This document shows, piece after piece, positions 13,378-27,608 of a DNA stretch of 64,000 nt. The DNA comes from Octopus bimaculoides (taxonomy: Eukaryota), in NCBI RefSeq assembly GCF_001194135.2, contig NC_068989.1:49162940-49226939 (forward strand), read 5' to 3'. The first letter of the stretch is position 1. Each line of letters starts with the position of its first letter. Below the pieces are notes generated by a model. It did no database searches. It was given only the letters and a program-made list of their open reading frames with translations, and had not been told where the DNA came from. The translations under genes and the position numbers were made by a program.

Positions 13378-14948
13378 ATGCATTATTCTTCAGCTTTAAG
13401 ATTTCAATGATGTGATTCTTCAGAACAATTTTTTTAAGATGACCTTGTAGAGTAGGTGTGAGAAGCTGGATCTGGTTGGTTGGAACATAAAACGTGTAGA
13501 ATATTTTGGTTGGATATGGTCAGTTTAGATTTTAAAAGGTTAAACATAATTTAAATAGATGGAGAGAGAAAGGAGAGAAAGAGAGATGGAAGGAGGGCAG
13601 AGGAAAGGCAGATAGGAGGGGGCAGAGAGAGTAAAAAGGAGGAAGAGGAATGGTGATGAAGGAAGGACAGAAAAGAAATGCAAAGCAAGAAGTGAGAAGA
13701 AATGGGAGGGAAAAGGAGAATGAAAGGAAATGATAAAATGTTAGCGAAGAAAACAATGAAAAACAAAAGTAAAGGAAAGAAGGTACAAACAACAACAAAA
13801 AAGAAGAAAAATGGACAGCAGAAGAAATAAGATTTTAATAGTACCAAGGGAAAATATTTAGATCTTTAGAAGTGTGTGTGTGTCTCTGTGTGTCCGTGCA
13901 TGCACATATGTGTACACACGTTCCTATATTTCACAAGAGACATAAAATGAAGAAATGGATAGGCTAAAAGAAGTTTTTTTGGATAAAGAGAAATGACAAC
14001 ATATCTCAAAATTATTGGAAACAACAATATTTCTGTCTTGAATACTAATGACATCTGCTTATCTTTCTCTTTCTCTCTCTCTCACACGCGCGCATACACA
14101 CACATAAACAAACAGAGTGAAATGTAATCAATAAAGAAAAAGCTTCTTTTTTTTTCCCGCCATCCTCCCAAATGGAGTAAATAAGTTTATCAACAAAATA
14201 TTAAAGAGACCCTGTTGATATTACAGAAGATTTATAGCTATGTTGCATAGCATCCGTTAAACTAATTACATACATAAATTGTATTTAAGATTTGACATAA
14301 AACTACATCCTGATAACTATGCTTCAACAAGTAATAGAAAAAAATAAAACTGTGAAGAGTGGTCATTTTATAAGGTCAAGAATCAGTCATGTATAATTTA
14401 TCTGGAAACTTATTTATCATATGACACAGAAACTAAAATGATATGGGTCAACAAATTAGCTATGCAATCATTCAAATTGATCAATGCATTTGCCAAATCT
14501 CTTTTATTGAACTCTTTCCATCTGCAAAAGTGAAGACATGATTGATGTCACTTGTCTTTGGACAGCATTAAGACAGGATCATCTCAGCCAAAATACTGAT
14601 TGAACAATTCATTGATCAAGCTATCTTACTGCTGTAGGTCAACTCAAGTAGAAGTGACCAGGTCAACAACAGCAACAGTATTAGACAAACTGCTTTCTAA
14701 ATATCTTTATACCTGCCAGCTGTAATCGCAGTTGGGTAAAATAGAATGAGAAAAACTAAACCACATCAATGATTTACTAACCTGATGATTATGAGAGATA
14801 ATTTATACAAGTCATAGAATATATTTCATGTCTACAACTGTCATCACTGTCACTATCTTCAACAACTTTGTCTGATTTTGTGGGAAGATTGACCGCTTCC
14901 CTTATCATTTCTTATTACTGTTACATCAATCCCTAATGTATACTCAGA

Positions 14949-15376
14949 TTAAATCCTTTTGATGCCAACCTACCTAAGACCATCATTGATTCTATGATAC
15001 ACAATGTTAACCCTTCAGCATTCACAATACTCAGTCAAATGTAATGCTTTTTGATTCACATTGTTTTCAATTAACAATGCATTATTTTTTTCCGACAAAA
15101 TTTTGATGTAAATTTTTAAAGGGTAAGTGTGAGAGGCTGGATTTGGTTGGTTTGAACATAAAACAAGTGGGATATTTGAGCAGATATGGCTGGTTTAAAT
15201 GCTAAAGGAGTAAAGTGATCAAAATTAAAACCTTCCATAAAAACTTCATGTTAATTCATATTCCAAACACCAGCTTAATAATGGAAAAGTTATTTTACTA
15301 ATTTCTTTCTTATTTTCAAACTTAGTTGAAACAAAAACAGTGTATTTCAACAGAAATATGACAAAGAAAGAGTTAA
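14949..15376 (+). mobile_element. TTAA-ended MITE (M2) interrupted by an M1 MITE
   Basis: ttaaatccttttgatgcc...aaagagttaa; colinear with 26787-26992 once 15007-15213 is removed. Confidence 0.65.
15007..15213 (+). mobile_element. TTAA-ended MITE (M1), ~205 bp
   Basis: ttaacccttcagcatt...aatgctaaaggagtaa; short TIR ttaacccttcagcatt / aatgctaaagg. Confidence 0.75.
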
Positions 15377-17153
15377 TACTAAACTGCTCCCTAGCTAATC
15401 TTAGTTATCTTTGTTACTTCATGGTCACCTGTTTGCATTCACAAACAACCCCAATCATAAGTAGTGTGAGTAGGAACAGTCTCACATCAACTTTATCACT
15501 ATAACCTAAACTAATATTGTCGCAGATTGAATTATCTGAAATCTTTACTAGATACAAAATGACATATAGACACATGGAAATACACAAGAACATGTATAAC
15601 ATAGCCATGCAGCTACAATACAAAATAGAATATTATGCAATGAAATACATGTATGCCATGTTAGTTTTGACATCTATACACAAATATATGACCACTCAAG
15701 TGAAAGTCAAAGTTAAAATTAAAACCAACTGAGTAAAATAAAACATGAAAAAAAGTATAAAGAATTAAAAAGAAAATACACTGACATTCTTCTCAGATGA
15801 AGAACTAAAGACAAAAAAAATTATTTTCTCAAAAAAATTTTTTGTTTCTTTTTACTGTCTAAAACTTGTCCTAAACTTTGAGGAATTCTTCAGAAACAAA
15901 CTAAAGAATTTCNNNNNNNNNNAAAAAAAAAAAAAAAAAAAAAAGAAACCAGGGAGAAAAGGAATAAAAGAAGCAAGATTCTCTAAGTTGAAGGTATAGA
16001 ATGATGCCAGCAAGAAAACTAATTTAGTTGCAACAAGTTGAACAATCTGTCAATGCAACCATAGACAGGGAAGGATTTAATTCAAGTGATAGCACTACTG
16101 AACTGTTGTCGATACTAAGGCAATTATCTAGCATTTGTTGAAGACAGTTTTTCTCTGCAGCTGAACTGAACAAATGCTATCCTTAGACATGGAATAACTT
16201 GTATTGAAACTCTTGAGAAATTTGGCATGAGAGGAAAATTGAAACCACCCCTCTTCCACTTCTAATTTGTTTTCAGCAGTGATTTATTTTATCAAATAAA
16301 CCATCAAATAACTAACTGCAACAGTTGCATAAATAGAGAGATCATTGTATAGTTAATAATCCACTTGTAGCAGCAACAAGCTCTTCAAAGATTTTGGTTA
16401 AAAACTGAAAGAGACAATTTTTTTATTTTTTATTTCTAACATTTTATAATATTGATGAAGTTGAGATAACAACTCAGTTTGTAAGCAAATAAAGAGTATG
16501 AATAAAACACAAAAGAATAGTTGAAAAACTACTACTGGTTAACTGATTTCATAAAGATAAGATGACGGGTTAGATAAATAACAGCTGTTTAATTTTATAA
16601 AACCGTATAACGGATTCAAAAACTGAGGTGATTCTCAAAGGAGCAATTTTAGAAATAAGTTCCGAGTAGTTTTTTTCAGAAACAGACAGGTAGAATAAAA
16701 TTGATTTCATAAAGAACAATTAGATATTGATTGCTTAAGAAACAGGTTGAGTGACTAAAATACCTGGTTTTCTAAGAAAAGCAAGATTTATTTAAATATC
16801 TTTCAGTGAGCTTCTAAAAAAAAAAACAGTTTTAGCTACCAAGAAATTTACTAGACTCAATAGAAAAAAACTCTTTGATTTGTTTTTCCCCCACCTCAAA
16901 ATCTTAACAACTGAAGACCCAATAGAAAATCCCAGATAATATAATAAAAACAAAGAGTAACATATACCACATTAAACCACAGATTTTAGATTCAAGTCTC
17001 AAAATCCCTTTTTGTACCACTGGTGTTTGCACTCAGTACCATTTCTTGTAATTTATGACTTGCATGATTCATTAAGGTTAATAATTAAACATTTCGAAAG
17101 AAATCATTCAATAGAATTTTTCTAATATTTTAAACAATAAAAATAGACAGCAG

Positions 17154-17199
17154 CACAATGTTACAATATGCACAATGTTACAATATGCACAATGTTACA
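17154..17199. repeat. 17-bp tandem repeat (cacaatgttacaatatg) x2.7
   Basis: direct reading. Confidence 0.9.
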
Positions 17200-17547
17200 T
17201 TATAAGGAATGTTTAACAATATTATTTATACTATTCTCCAGAGATTCGACAACAAAAAGGGAGATATAATAGCTGAAAAGATGAGAAGACAAATAATGCA
17301 GTTTTCCAAATGATTACAACCATAAATGCAATGCTCTGTTATGAATTCTAAGACAAAGTTCAGAAAACAAAGATATAACAACTACAGTATAATCCTAATT
17401 AAAAAGATGATTGGCTCTAATACACTGGTTAGAATACTAGCTCAAATATTAACTCATCATAGACAACTTATTTTGCAATATCAATAGCAATGTGCGAGGA
17501 AACGTTGACTCACTATAGCCACAAGAAAGCATGTAAAAAAAAATAAA

Positions 17548-17905
17548 GGTGAAGGCATGGCTGTGCAGTTGGGAAGTTTACTTCACAACAATGTAGCTTT
17601 AGGGTAAGTCCCTTGGGCAAGTGTCTTCTATTATAGCCCCAGTTTGAACAATGCTTTGCGAGTGAATTTGGTAGATAGAAACTGTTTGGAAGCTCCGCGT
17701 GCATGTGTGTGTGTGTGTGGCTTTGTTTCATCACTCCTTGACAAGTGGTTGTAGTTTCTGTACTGCCTCATAACTTAGTGGTTCAAAAACAATTCAGCTG
17801 GATAAGATCTAGATCAAATATAAGTACTGAGGTCAATTTCTTGGACTAACCCAACAAGTCAGACCTCCAGCATGGCTGTAGTCCAATAAATGAATCAGAT
17901 AAGAG
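17548..17905 (+). mobile_element. SINE family A, diverged
   Basis: ggtgaaggcatggctgtg head, ccttgggcaagtgtcttctattatagcc body. Confidence 0.75.
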
Positions 17906-18204
17906 TATATCTTTAATTGGTTATTTGTAGATACGCTAGGATATCACTATATGGTTTATTGCAACTTCATATTTGCTCAATGAAAGGGTTTGATGCAGCT
18001 GCCCTTATATGCATTTCTTGGTATGATGTTGGTTCCTTTGAGGCTACAAGTAATAGAATGTCCAAGTATGTGTGTGAGTATAGACATATTAGCATTTATG
18101 TAAATGTATGAATGTCTGTGTATGAGAGCATGAGTGCATAATATGGATGAAAGTTACAACAGCTCATTTTGATTTCTTTTCCCACTTTGATTCTAAGTCT
18201 ATAA

Positions 18205-18696
18205 CAGTGCTTCTCTACCATTTTTCACCTATGGACCTCATTGATTTCTATTTTACTCAAGTGGACCCTCATAGTAATTTCATGTTTCAAAAAATCCAAT
18301 TATATTCTTATAATTAAATATCACTAGGAATTGTAAAAATAAAAAAATCAATGGTTTCAAAATTTTGGCACAAGGCCAGCAGGTTTGGGGGAGGGGCTGG
18401 ATTGATTAAATCGACCGCAGTTTTCAACTGAAACCTATTTTATTGACCCCCAAAAGATGAAAGGTAAAGTCAATCCTAACAGAATTTGAACTCAGAATAT
18501 AAGGACAGCTGAAATGCTGCTATGCATTTTGCCCAACATGCTAACAATTCTGCCAGCTCACTGCCTTAATTGTATAAAAGAAATTAAAATATATTTTGTA
18601 TTTTAGAAGTATAACCAATTTATTGCACATAAAATTTAACTACAAAATTGCATATAGGCCCCTAAGGGTCATGTGAACCCCAATTGAGAACCACTG
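18205..18696. mobile_element. hAT (Charlie/Buster-type) MITE containing a SINE
   Basis: TIR cagtgcttctc / gagaaccactg; 8-bp TSD gtctataa (18197-18204) vs ctctataa (18697-18704). Confidence 0.8.
18352..18570 (-). mobile_element. SINE family E nested in the hAT MITE
   Basis: ggtttcaaaattttggcacaaggccagc...ttctgccagctcactgcctt. Confidence 0.8.
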
Positions 18697-19242
18697 CTCT
18701 ATAAATTCAGGCCTAAAGAATGAAATGTTATTATCATCACCATCAGTAATAATTTCTACATTCAGTTTCTCTTTTTTTTCCACGTTATTCATCTTTTTCA
18801 TCTTCTTGCACAAAACAATTTTCCATCAAAATCCTCAGACTAAAGAAATATACAGTACTAAGAAAACATAAATAACAGGAAAAATAATAATTCCTTTTAT
18901 TTTTTATTATAACAACAACAACAACAAGAATAATAAGATGAGAAAAAGAAAGAAAAACAAGAATGTATTGCAGGAGGCTACTATTTGGCAAGGAGACGAT
19001 TTAATAATATTAGATTTTCCAACAACAAACATATCACAAAAATAATACTAATAATAAATTAGCAATAATAGTTGATGGAAATAGCATTTGTAATAAGTAA
19101 AAACTGAGAAGAAAAAAGGAAAGAAAAAGAAATATAAGCAAAGCATCAAAGAAAATGTAAAAAAAAAACCCCAAATCCATACCAAGAGAAATACACGTGT
19201 GTACGTGTATGGGTATGGGTACACATGTATAGTGCACATTTA

Positions 19243-19736
19243 NNNNNNNNNNNNNNNNNNNNNNNNNNNNNNNNNNNNNNNNNNNNNNNNNNNNNNNNNN
19301 NNNNNNNNNNNNNNNNNNNNNNNNNNNNNNNNNNNNNNNNNNNNNNNNNNNNNNNNNNNNNNNNNNNNNNNNNNNNNNNNNNNNNNNNNNNNNNNNNNNN
19401 NNNNNNNNNNNNNNNNNNNNNNNNNNNNNNNNNNNNNNNNNNNNNNNNNNNNNNNNNNNNNNNNNNNNNNNNNNNNNNNNNNNNNNNNNNNNNNNNNNNN
19501 NNNNNNNNNNNNNNNNNNNNNNNNNNNNNNNNNNNNNNNNNNNNNNNNNNNNNNNNNNNNNNNNNNNNNNNNNNNNNNNNNNNNNNNNNNNNNNNNNNNN
19601 NNNNNNNNNNNNNNNNNNNNNNNNNNNNNNNNNNNNNNNNNNNNNNNNNNNNNNNNNNNNNNNNNNNNNNNNNNNNNNNNNNNNNNNNNNNNNNNNNNNN
19701 NNNNNNNNNNNNNNNNNNNNNNNNNNNNNNNNNNNN
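19243..19736. other. assembly gap (N run)
   Basis: N run. Confidence 0.98.
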
Positions 19737-19774
<38 letters not shown>

Positions 19775-20366
19775 TTGTTCATTCATTCAATCTAAGTGTT
19801 AAAGTCAGTATGTGTGTGTGCGTGTGTGTACATAGATACACACACACACGTATACAAACATTTCTATATTTATATGCAAATTTGGCAATATACATATGTA
19901 ATCATATTTATATATATATATATATNNNNNNNNNNCCAAATCCATACCAAGAGAAATACACGTGTGTACGTGTATGGGTATGGGTACACATGTATAGTGC
20001 ACATTTATGTATATGTGTGTGTGTGTGCATACATATACATGCAACACTATGTTATACAAGAATACGCACACTCAATGTGCACATTTTAGGTCTAACTCTT
20101 TTTTTTTAACGAGAAGTTTGGAAAACAGTGAGAATAAAGATATATATATATATATATAAAAAACAAAGATAGCAACAGCAATATCACTGTAAAAGGAAAA
20201 GGCAAAAAACAAAAAAAGATAATACTTTAAGTAAAAGATGTGTTGTTCACAGTAGGTTTGCATCAATGGTACTGTTGATACGGCTGACTGATGCGGACAT
20301 TGCAATAAAAATACTGGTCAATAGACATCGATTATTCTTTGCTTGTTTTTTTCCCGCTATATATAT

Positions 20367-21093
20367 NNNNNNNNNNNNNNNNNNNNNNNNNNNNNNNNNN
20401 NNNNNNNNNNNNNNNNNNNNNNNNNNNNNNNNNNNNNNNNNNNNNNNNNNNNNNNNNNNNNNNNNNNNNNNNNNNNNNNNNNNNNNNNNNNNNNNNNNNN
20501 NNNNNNNNNNNNNNNNNNNNNNNNNNNNNNNNNNNNNNNNNNNNNNNNNNNNNNNNNNNNNNNNNNNNNNNNNNNNNNNNNNNNNNNNNNNNNNNNNNNN
20601 NNNNNNNNNNNNNNNNNNNNNNNNNNNNNNNNNNNNNNNNNNNNNNNNNNNNNNNNNNNNNNNNNNNNNNNNNNNNNNNNNNNNNNNNNNNNNNNNNNNN
20701 NNNNNNNNNNNNNNNNNNNNNNNNNNNNNNNNNNNNNNNNNNNNNNNNNNNNNNNNNNNNNNNNNNNNNNNNNNNNNNNNNNNNNNNNNNNNNNNNNNNN
20801 NNNNNNNNNNNNNNNNNNNNNNNNNNNNNNNNNNNNNNNNNNNNNNNNNNNNNNNNNNNNNNNNNNNNNNNNNNNNNNNNNNNNNNNNNNNNNNNNNNNN
20901 NNNNNNNNNNNNNNNNNNNNNNNNNNNNNNNNNNNNNNNNNNNNNNNNNNNNNNNNNNNNNNNNNNNNNNNNNNNNNNNNNNNNNNNNNNNNNNNNNNNN
21001 NNNNNNNNNNNNNNNNNNNNNNNNNNNNNNNNNNNNNNNNNNNNNNNNNNNNNNNNNNNNNNNNNNNNNNNNNNNNNNNNNNNNNNNNNNNNN
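20367..21093. other. assembly gap (N run)
   Basis: N run flanked by (TA)n. Confidence 0.99.
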
Positions 21094-21148
<55 letters not shown>

Positions 21149-22657
21149 TACACACATATATCTATGTACATATATCTATATATATATGTATATCTTTATA
21201 AATACACACACATGTGCTTATGAACATATATATATATGTGTGTGTGTGTGTGTCTACATAGCCTGATACCAACTAATAACAACGGAAATATTTTCATACA
21301 AAATTATATTGAAGTAATGAAACTAAGAAGCGTGTCCAGAGAAAGCAGAGTAGAATAAAGGCAGAGTTATAAAGGAGAGGACTAAAAAACAATCATAGTC
21401 AGCATTTTCCCTTTTAACTTCTTTCCATTTTTGGTTTTATTTTTTGTCCTTTTGTTAAATCAAATATATAAAAAAAACTATAAAACCCTCCTGTAAATTA
21501 TTTGAGATTTTATATTAAAATGGTCAAACAGAAAAACCAAAAGCTGATATATATCTCGATGCTGCTACTACCATCACCATTACCAACATTTGTAGTTGTA
21601 TTATTACTACTATGACCATTACCCTCACTAACAACATAACCAACACTAGTTAAGAGTTTAAGTGCCACTATTGTGAACAGCAATAGAATTACTGCTGGAC
21701 AATACACGAGTTGTGTTGATAAGAAAATATATAAACCAGCCATACCACAAAGCTGAGGGATTCATAATGTGGCAAGAACACTAAACTATGACCAATATAC
21801 ATAATTCTGAATGGCCCAGTTGATCTAGTTGCTGTGTGAAGCTACCAATGTGGTGCACTAGTACACCGTAGTAAGCAGCTGTACTATAAAACTGATGAGA
21901 CTTTTGTGAGCTCATTGTACTGAATTCAAGTCCATCTGTGAACTTTAGCCATGACAGAAGCAATAACTACATAGCTTGATTTTCAATGCTATTACTATCA
22001 TTTCAGAGTGTAATTGAACAATGAATTCAAATAACGCAATCAATATTACTACTGTTATTATCACCCTTCCCAACATCGTCACCGCTATAGTTACAATTAC
22101 CACCCCTATGGAATGATATAGTGTACTATTTTCTCATTTACGTTATTTCAAGATGACTGGTCATTACAAGAGTAATATGTAAATTATTAAGTTAGCAGAA
22201 ATACTGAATACTGAAATAGCAGAAATAATAATGATGTGCATAATCATGAAACAATAAATCTTGATTCCATGCTGCTAATACTTATTTTATGAATTTCTTC
22301 CACCCTCGATAGAGGTGAAGTGATCAACTAACCTCAATAACATTTCCACAAATAACAGTGACGCAGCAAACTAATTTCTTTACACAAATAATCAGAGGAG
22401 TGCTCAGTGAATGGTTTTGTTCCTCAAAGCACAAAATGTACCAGTTTTTAAATCAGAGGAAAAAAATGGTCAGTGACATCACATGAAAGAACATCAGGAA
22501 TGAGAACCACATTGGAACCAATATACCACATCCATTGTGAATATGGCCACTCTTGCTTTGACTGTAGTCACCTAATAAGCACACTAACCAGTACACTTCA
22601 CATTATCACTGGCTGTAGAGGCACTCTACTGTGCTTCTCTCATGTCCAGATAGTCTA

Positions 22658-22990
22658 TCATCATCATCATTTAATGTCTGCCTTCCATGCTGGCATGGAT
22701 TGGATGGTTTGATAGGAGCCGGCCAGACAGGAGCCTGCACCAGACTATTGTGTCTGTTTTGGCATAGTTTTTAAAGTTGGATGCCCTTTCTAACACCAAC
22801 CACCCAGCAGAACGGACTGAGTGATTTTCCCATGGCACAAGCACAGGCAAGGTCAGCCTGGCATGGTTTTTATAGTTGGATGCCCTTCCAGACACCATTC
22901 ACTTTACAGTGTAGACTGGATGCTTTTTAAGTAGCACCAGCACTGGCAGAGTTACCAAGTAATTTGCAAGACAAAAATCCTTTGAGAGGG
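22658..22990 (-). mobile_element. SINE family B ((ATG)n-tailed)
   Basis: catcatcatttaatgtctgccttccatgctggcatgg...ggatgccctttctaacaccaacc, as at 25880 and 55485. Confidence 0.75.
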
Positions 22991-23662
22991 GAGGGGTACT
23001 GGAGGAGGGGATCTTGTGTCAGATGATGAGAAGTTATAGTGAGATAGAAACAAGCATTTTCCTATGGGGGAAGTACATGGTTACCTGACCAGAGAGAGAG
23101 AAAGACAGACAGACAGAGTCTTTATTTTGTTAAATTGCTTTTACTAGTAAGTTCATTTTGTCTCTCTCCACCCTACTTCACTCTGCTCGACAACCTCCTC
23201 CGCACTACCCCCAATCTACTGTTTCCTCCCACACACCACCACATTACTGGTATACAAAAACAAGTAAAAGCAATATTATATGACACATGCATACTATCAA
23301 GCATACTATGGGGCCCACACAATGCAGTAATACAGATTATATGGAAATATAGTTCTGTAGATCACACCTAATTAGTTAACTAACCACCTACATACCATAA
23401 TCCTGCCTAATCAATGCTGACATTACTGTCATTACCATCACCAAGTAAACTAACAGAAACAATATAAATCCAGAGAATAGAACTCCGGTTACTGGATTTG
23501 TAACCAGTTCACAGTTTTGTACATAAGATATAAATGTTTCAGTGACTCAAGAACTCTTATCTGGACTGGGTGCTCATTTTTATCTAGTAGGATTGACAAA
23601 TAATCTTTAATACTCTTCTACTGTAATTCCATGCAATTGATTCCAGTTCCTGACTGGTAATG

Positions 23663-23850
23663 TACAAGGGTGAATCAAAAAGTAATGCAGTTTTATGTTG
23701 TAAAAAAACATAAAGAATACAATCAGATATATTTTACATCAACATATAGCTCTACATCACAGATTCGTAGCCATACTTCTCAACCCAGCTACCAGCTCTT
23801 TCAATGACATTTATCCCAGCTTTGTAAAACTCAGCTGGCTAATGTGACAG
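23663..23850 (-). mobile_element. mariner 3' end remnant
   Basis: TA followed by TIR-like caagggtgaatcaaaaagtaatgc; minus strand FYKAGINVIERAGSWVEKYG resembles mariner transposase C-termini. Confidence 0.55.
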
Positions 23851-25849
23851 CCAATTCCTTACAGCAGTCTTCATTTTATTGAGTGAAAATTATAACAATT
23901 ATAATAGTAAAACTATATCAGCAGACAGCTGAGTTTTAGAAAGCTAGGAAAATGTCCTCATTCATAGGTGGAACAATGCCATTGAAAGAGATGTTGAGTA
24001 GTTGGGATGTTGATCCAAGATGTATAGCTATATGATGTACACTATGTTAGATTGTACACCTTATTTTTTATATATAATACAATATTGCATTATTTTTTTG
24101 ACTAACCTTAGTATTTACGAAGCCCAGAATGCAGAAATGCGAAACTGACCTTCATACAATTTGAACTCCAAACATAAAGAATCACAACTAAAAACTGCAA
24201 GGTATTTTGTCCACTGCTCTAACGGTTCTACTAATCCACTGCCATTAATATAGTGCCTAAACTGCCAGCTGGATGAACTGAGAGACAATACTGCATTATG
24301 CATATTACAATGAAAAGCCAACAGTGAAATTGATGTAAAGATAAGCAGTCCAGCTTGAACTTATGTTGTATATATCCACTCAAATATTTTACTTTTATTC
24401 CTTGTATATTGTAAGTAAACAACACATTTGTAAGCACAGAGGATAGAAAGTAAAATAAATTTCACTGAAAGCACAGAACAAGAAGTAAACATTGATTTCA
24501 AAAGGTCACAAGCACTCAAAGACATAAGCACACACATATTTACACAAACATATACATATTACAAAGATACATACACACAAATATATCCATATTACATAGA
24601 TATATACACATATATTCAAACAATATGCACATTACAAATACAATATATATAAACCTGAAATGGAGCCTGGTAATGTTATAAAGAAATAATTATCTGCTTA
24701 GAGAGAAAACCAAAAGACACTTTAATCATCTTATCTAGCAGAACATTTGTTTCTCAATTTTTTAGATACATATTTTTTTTTCCTTTAGGTTCTTGATAAT
24801 TTTTGTTTTTCTCTTAAATCCTTCCAAAACATAACTCTCTACTCAGATTTACTAAGAATACAGATGGAAGCTAATATTACAATGTATACAAGAAGAATGA
24901 AATCAGAGAACAAGAAAAATGATCAATTGAAAACATATTATTCATATAATTTGATTCTTGTAGCTTGTTAATGTTATAGTTGTTGTTGATTTTAGTTAGT
25001 AGACATCTGCCACTAAGCCATCACTATTGACAACAATCATTCAAACTTTTCAAAATTGATTTGTTGTAGACTAACATATGTTTCCCCAGTTTATTTATTT
25101 TATTTTTACATTATATTTTAATTATATCAAATATATGAAGTGGCAAGGGATAAATGGGAACAAATTTCATGCGCATTAATAACAGTGACAATGATTTCAA
25201 CTTAATTCTAAAAGAGAAATGACAACAATTTCTTATATATAGATTACTGAAGTTTTGAGAAGGTAAACTTTCTTGTCCAAAAATAATAGGATACAATAGC
25301 AAGATAGACAGTACAACTGGGCAACAAAATGTCGGCTACATTAACTAGTCTTTACAACTCTGACCATTAAGGTGTTTTAAATTCCCATGGGGAATTGTTT
25401 CAGGACGTACCTTACCCCTAAACAAATCAATATAGTTATGATAAAATCTCACAAAACTAAGAACCAAAAATCAGAGACATTACCAATTCCATCATAGATT
25501 CTAATCAAACTTGGGATTTTGTTTTGTGTTGTATTTATAAGGATATTTCTTGTTTTTTTTTTTTTTGTTACAGTTTAGTTGGAAAGAGAGGGAAACCCCT
25601 GTAACTTTTTCAGAACCTCCAAGTCTTTATACATGGAGATGAAGAGAAACAACAATCCATGGGCTTCTGCAGCTGAAAGGAATGCATCATTTTATCTTCA
25701 GACTAGAGATATGATCCAAAAATTTATAACTGAATGGATTCTACTCAACACAATCAAAGTCCAGGTGGTGGGCTTAAACTGGATAACAGATTAGGTCCAC
25801 CACATTTCTTCTCACATAACAATATTCAAATATGGTATAAATCTTGAAC

Positions 25850-25851
<2 letters not shown>

Positions 25852-25889
<38 letters not shown>

Positions 25890-26222
25890 GTTTAACGTCC
25901 GCTTTCCATGCTAGCATGGGTTGGACGATTTGACTGAGGACTGGTGAAACCGGATGGCTACACCAGGCTCCAATCTGATTTGGCAGAGTTTCTACAGCTG
26001 GATGCCCTTCCTAACGCCAACCACTCAGAGAGTGTAGTGGGTGCTTTTACGTGTCACCCGCACGAAGGTCAGTCAGGTGGTACTGGCAACAGCCCTGCTC
26101 AAAATGGTGTATTTTATGTGCCACCCACACAAGAGCCAGTCCAGGGGCACTGGCAACGATCTTGCTCGAAAATCCTTACACATGTCATGGGCACAAGTGC
26201 CAGAAAGGCAACAGTGGGCACA
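25852..26222 (-). mobile_element. SINE family B with (CAT)n tail, well preserved
   Basis: (cat)n-cgtttaacgtccgctttccatgctagcatgggttggacg...ggatgcccttcctaacgccaacc; CpGs retained, consistent with a young copy. Confidence 0.85.
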
Positions 26223-26540
26223 TAAATAAATGTGATCATATTTTGTTTGAAAACAGAATAATTAAATTTAAGTGAATCCTTTTAAGACTAAGTCTCAAAA
26301 TAAATTTGTTTGCAATTTACTGTAACATTATTTACTGTTAAACTGACTTCATTCAGTTGGCCATTTGTTTAATGTTTGTTTTGCCATGCTGGCGTAAGTT
26401 AGATGGGGAGTTATCTGAAGCAGCATTTTACAGCTGGATGCTCTTCCTGCCACCATCTGTCATCTCTTTTCCAGGTAAGAGAATTATCTGAAGGCAATAC
26501 TATTCACACAATTTGATTCTTGTAGCTTACACACACACAC

Positions 26541-26585
<45 letters not shown>

Positions 26586-26586
26586 T

Positions 26587-26621
<35 letters not shown>

Positions 26622-26640
26622 TATAGATAGATAGATAGAT
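26541..26640. repeat. (GATA)n microsatellite
   Basis: direct reading. Confidence 0.95.
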
Positions 26641-26786
26641 ATGAGATTGCAGATTTACAAGGAACAGTAGATTGGAATATGAGATTTTCATGACAGTTGT
26701 ATCAATATTATATGCCTATCTAATAGAAATAAAATTACTCCATACTAAAGTCACAGGAGGCTGGATAAATAAAGTCAGATACCCAT

Positions 26787-26992
26787 TTAACCCTTTTGGT
26801 ACCAATACACCTGAGACCACTGTTGGTACTATGATGCATTCTTCCTGCTTTAAAATTATCTAAATTAAACTTTCCATCAAAATTTTATATCAATTTATGT
26901 TCCCAGTATATCAATAGTGACAAAGTTATTTTACTAAATTCTTCCTTACAAAGATGTGAATTTCCAAAGAAATACAGTGTGAAATGAGTTAA
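26787..26992 (+). mobile_element. TTAA-ended MITE (M2)
   Basis: ttaacccttttggtacc...gaaatgagttaa. Confidence 0.65.
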
Positions 26993-27608
26993 AATTTTAG
27001 TAGTTCATATCACTCACTGGCACTGTGCTCTGTTATGGCAAAAACACTTAACTCACAATACCCCAAGCAACTGAGTTGTGGGTGAGTACTAGAAGGGGTA
27101 AAATTTGGTAAAATTTTCCATTCTAAACAGCAAGAGTACTTTAACATTTACAAGTATTTTGTAGTTTACAGTTTTGAATTCAGCTACTTCAGTCAGTATA
27201 TCTTAGACATAATAAAAACAATGTCTTCAGTGTGGTGTCCACAATAGCTTGATAAGTTGTGAACCCCACTAGCCTATAATCAACAAATCATAAATAATAA
27301 TGCAAACAAAATGAACACACATACAAACAGACAACACACACACACACACACATCCATGCCATTTTTGGTTAGGTAAGGGTAAGATGTAATCTCAACATAA
27401 AAAATTAAATAAATTTTTTAAAAAAAACAGCACCTGCATGAATTATTCAACTATCAATAATTCTACAACAACCAACACGTATTTTAAATGCTTCAGGCAA
27501 TAATTTTATTCAAATATAAAGAATCAGTAATTGTATTCTAACACAAAGAATTGGTAATTTTATTCTAATATAAAGAATCAGTAGCTTTCAGATTTGTCAT
27601 TTTCTTAC

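Larger units (their letters stand above)
12625..13543 (+). mobile_element. TTAA-ended MITE (M1) split by a SINE insertion
   Basis: left part ttaatcctctggcattcaggttactctgtcaaatgtaa (12625-12685); right part resumes ~13378 and ends aaaaggttaa. Confidence 0.7.

Noticed and set aside
14781-14830. CTGATGATTATG start similar to the 44.7-kb motif
   Set aside because: No intact GAAA, stem III or stem I
15950-16900. Purine-rich, protein-like segments (e.g. IETLEKFGMRGKL) suggesting an old LINE
   Set aside because: Too decayed to assign by eye
19171-20007. Identical 72-bp sequence at 19171-19242 and 19936-20007
   Set aside because: Both copies directly abut N gaps; most likely overlapping contig ends, not a biological repeat
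25579-25794. 71-aa ORF after a strong pyrimidine tract
   Set aside because: No recognisable product or good donor; the tract is a poly-T run
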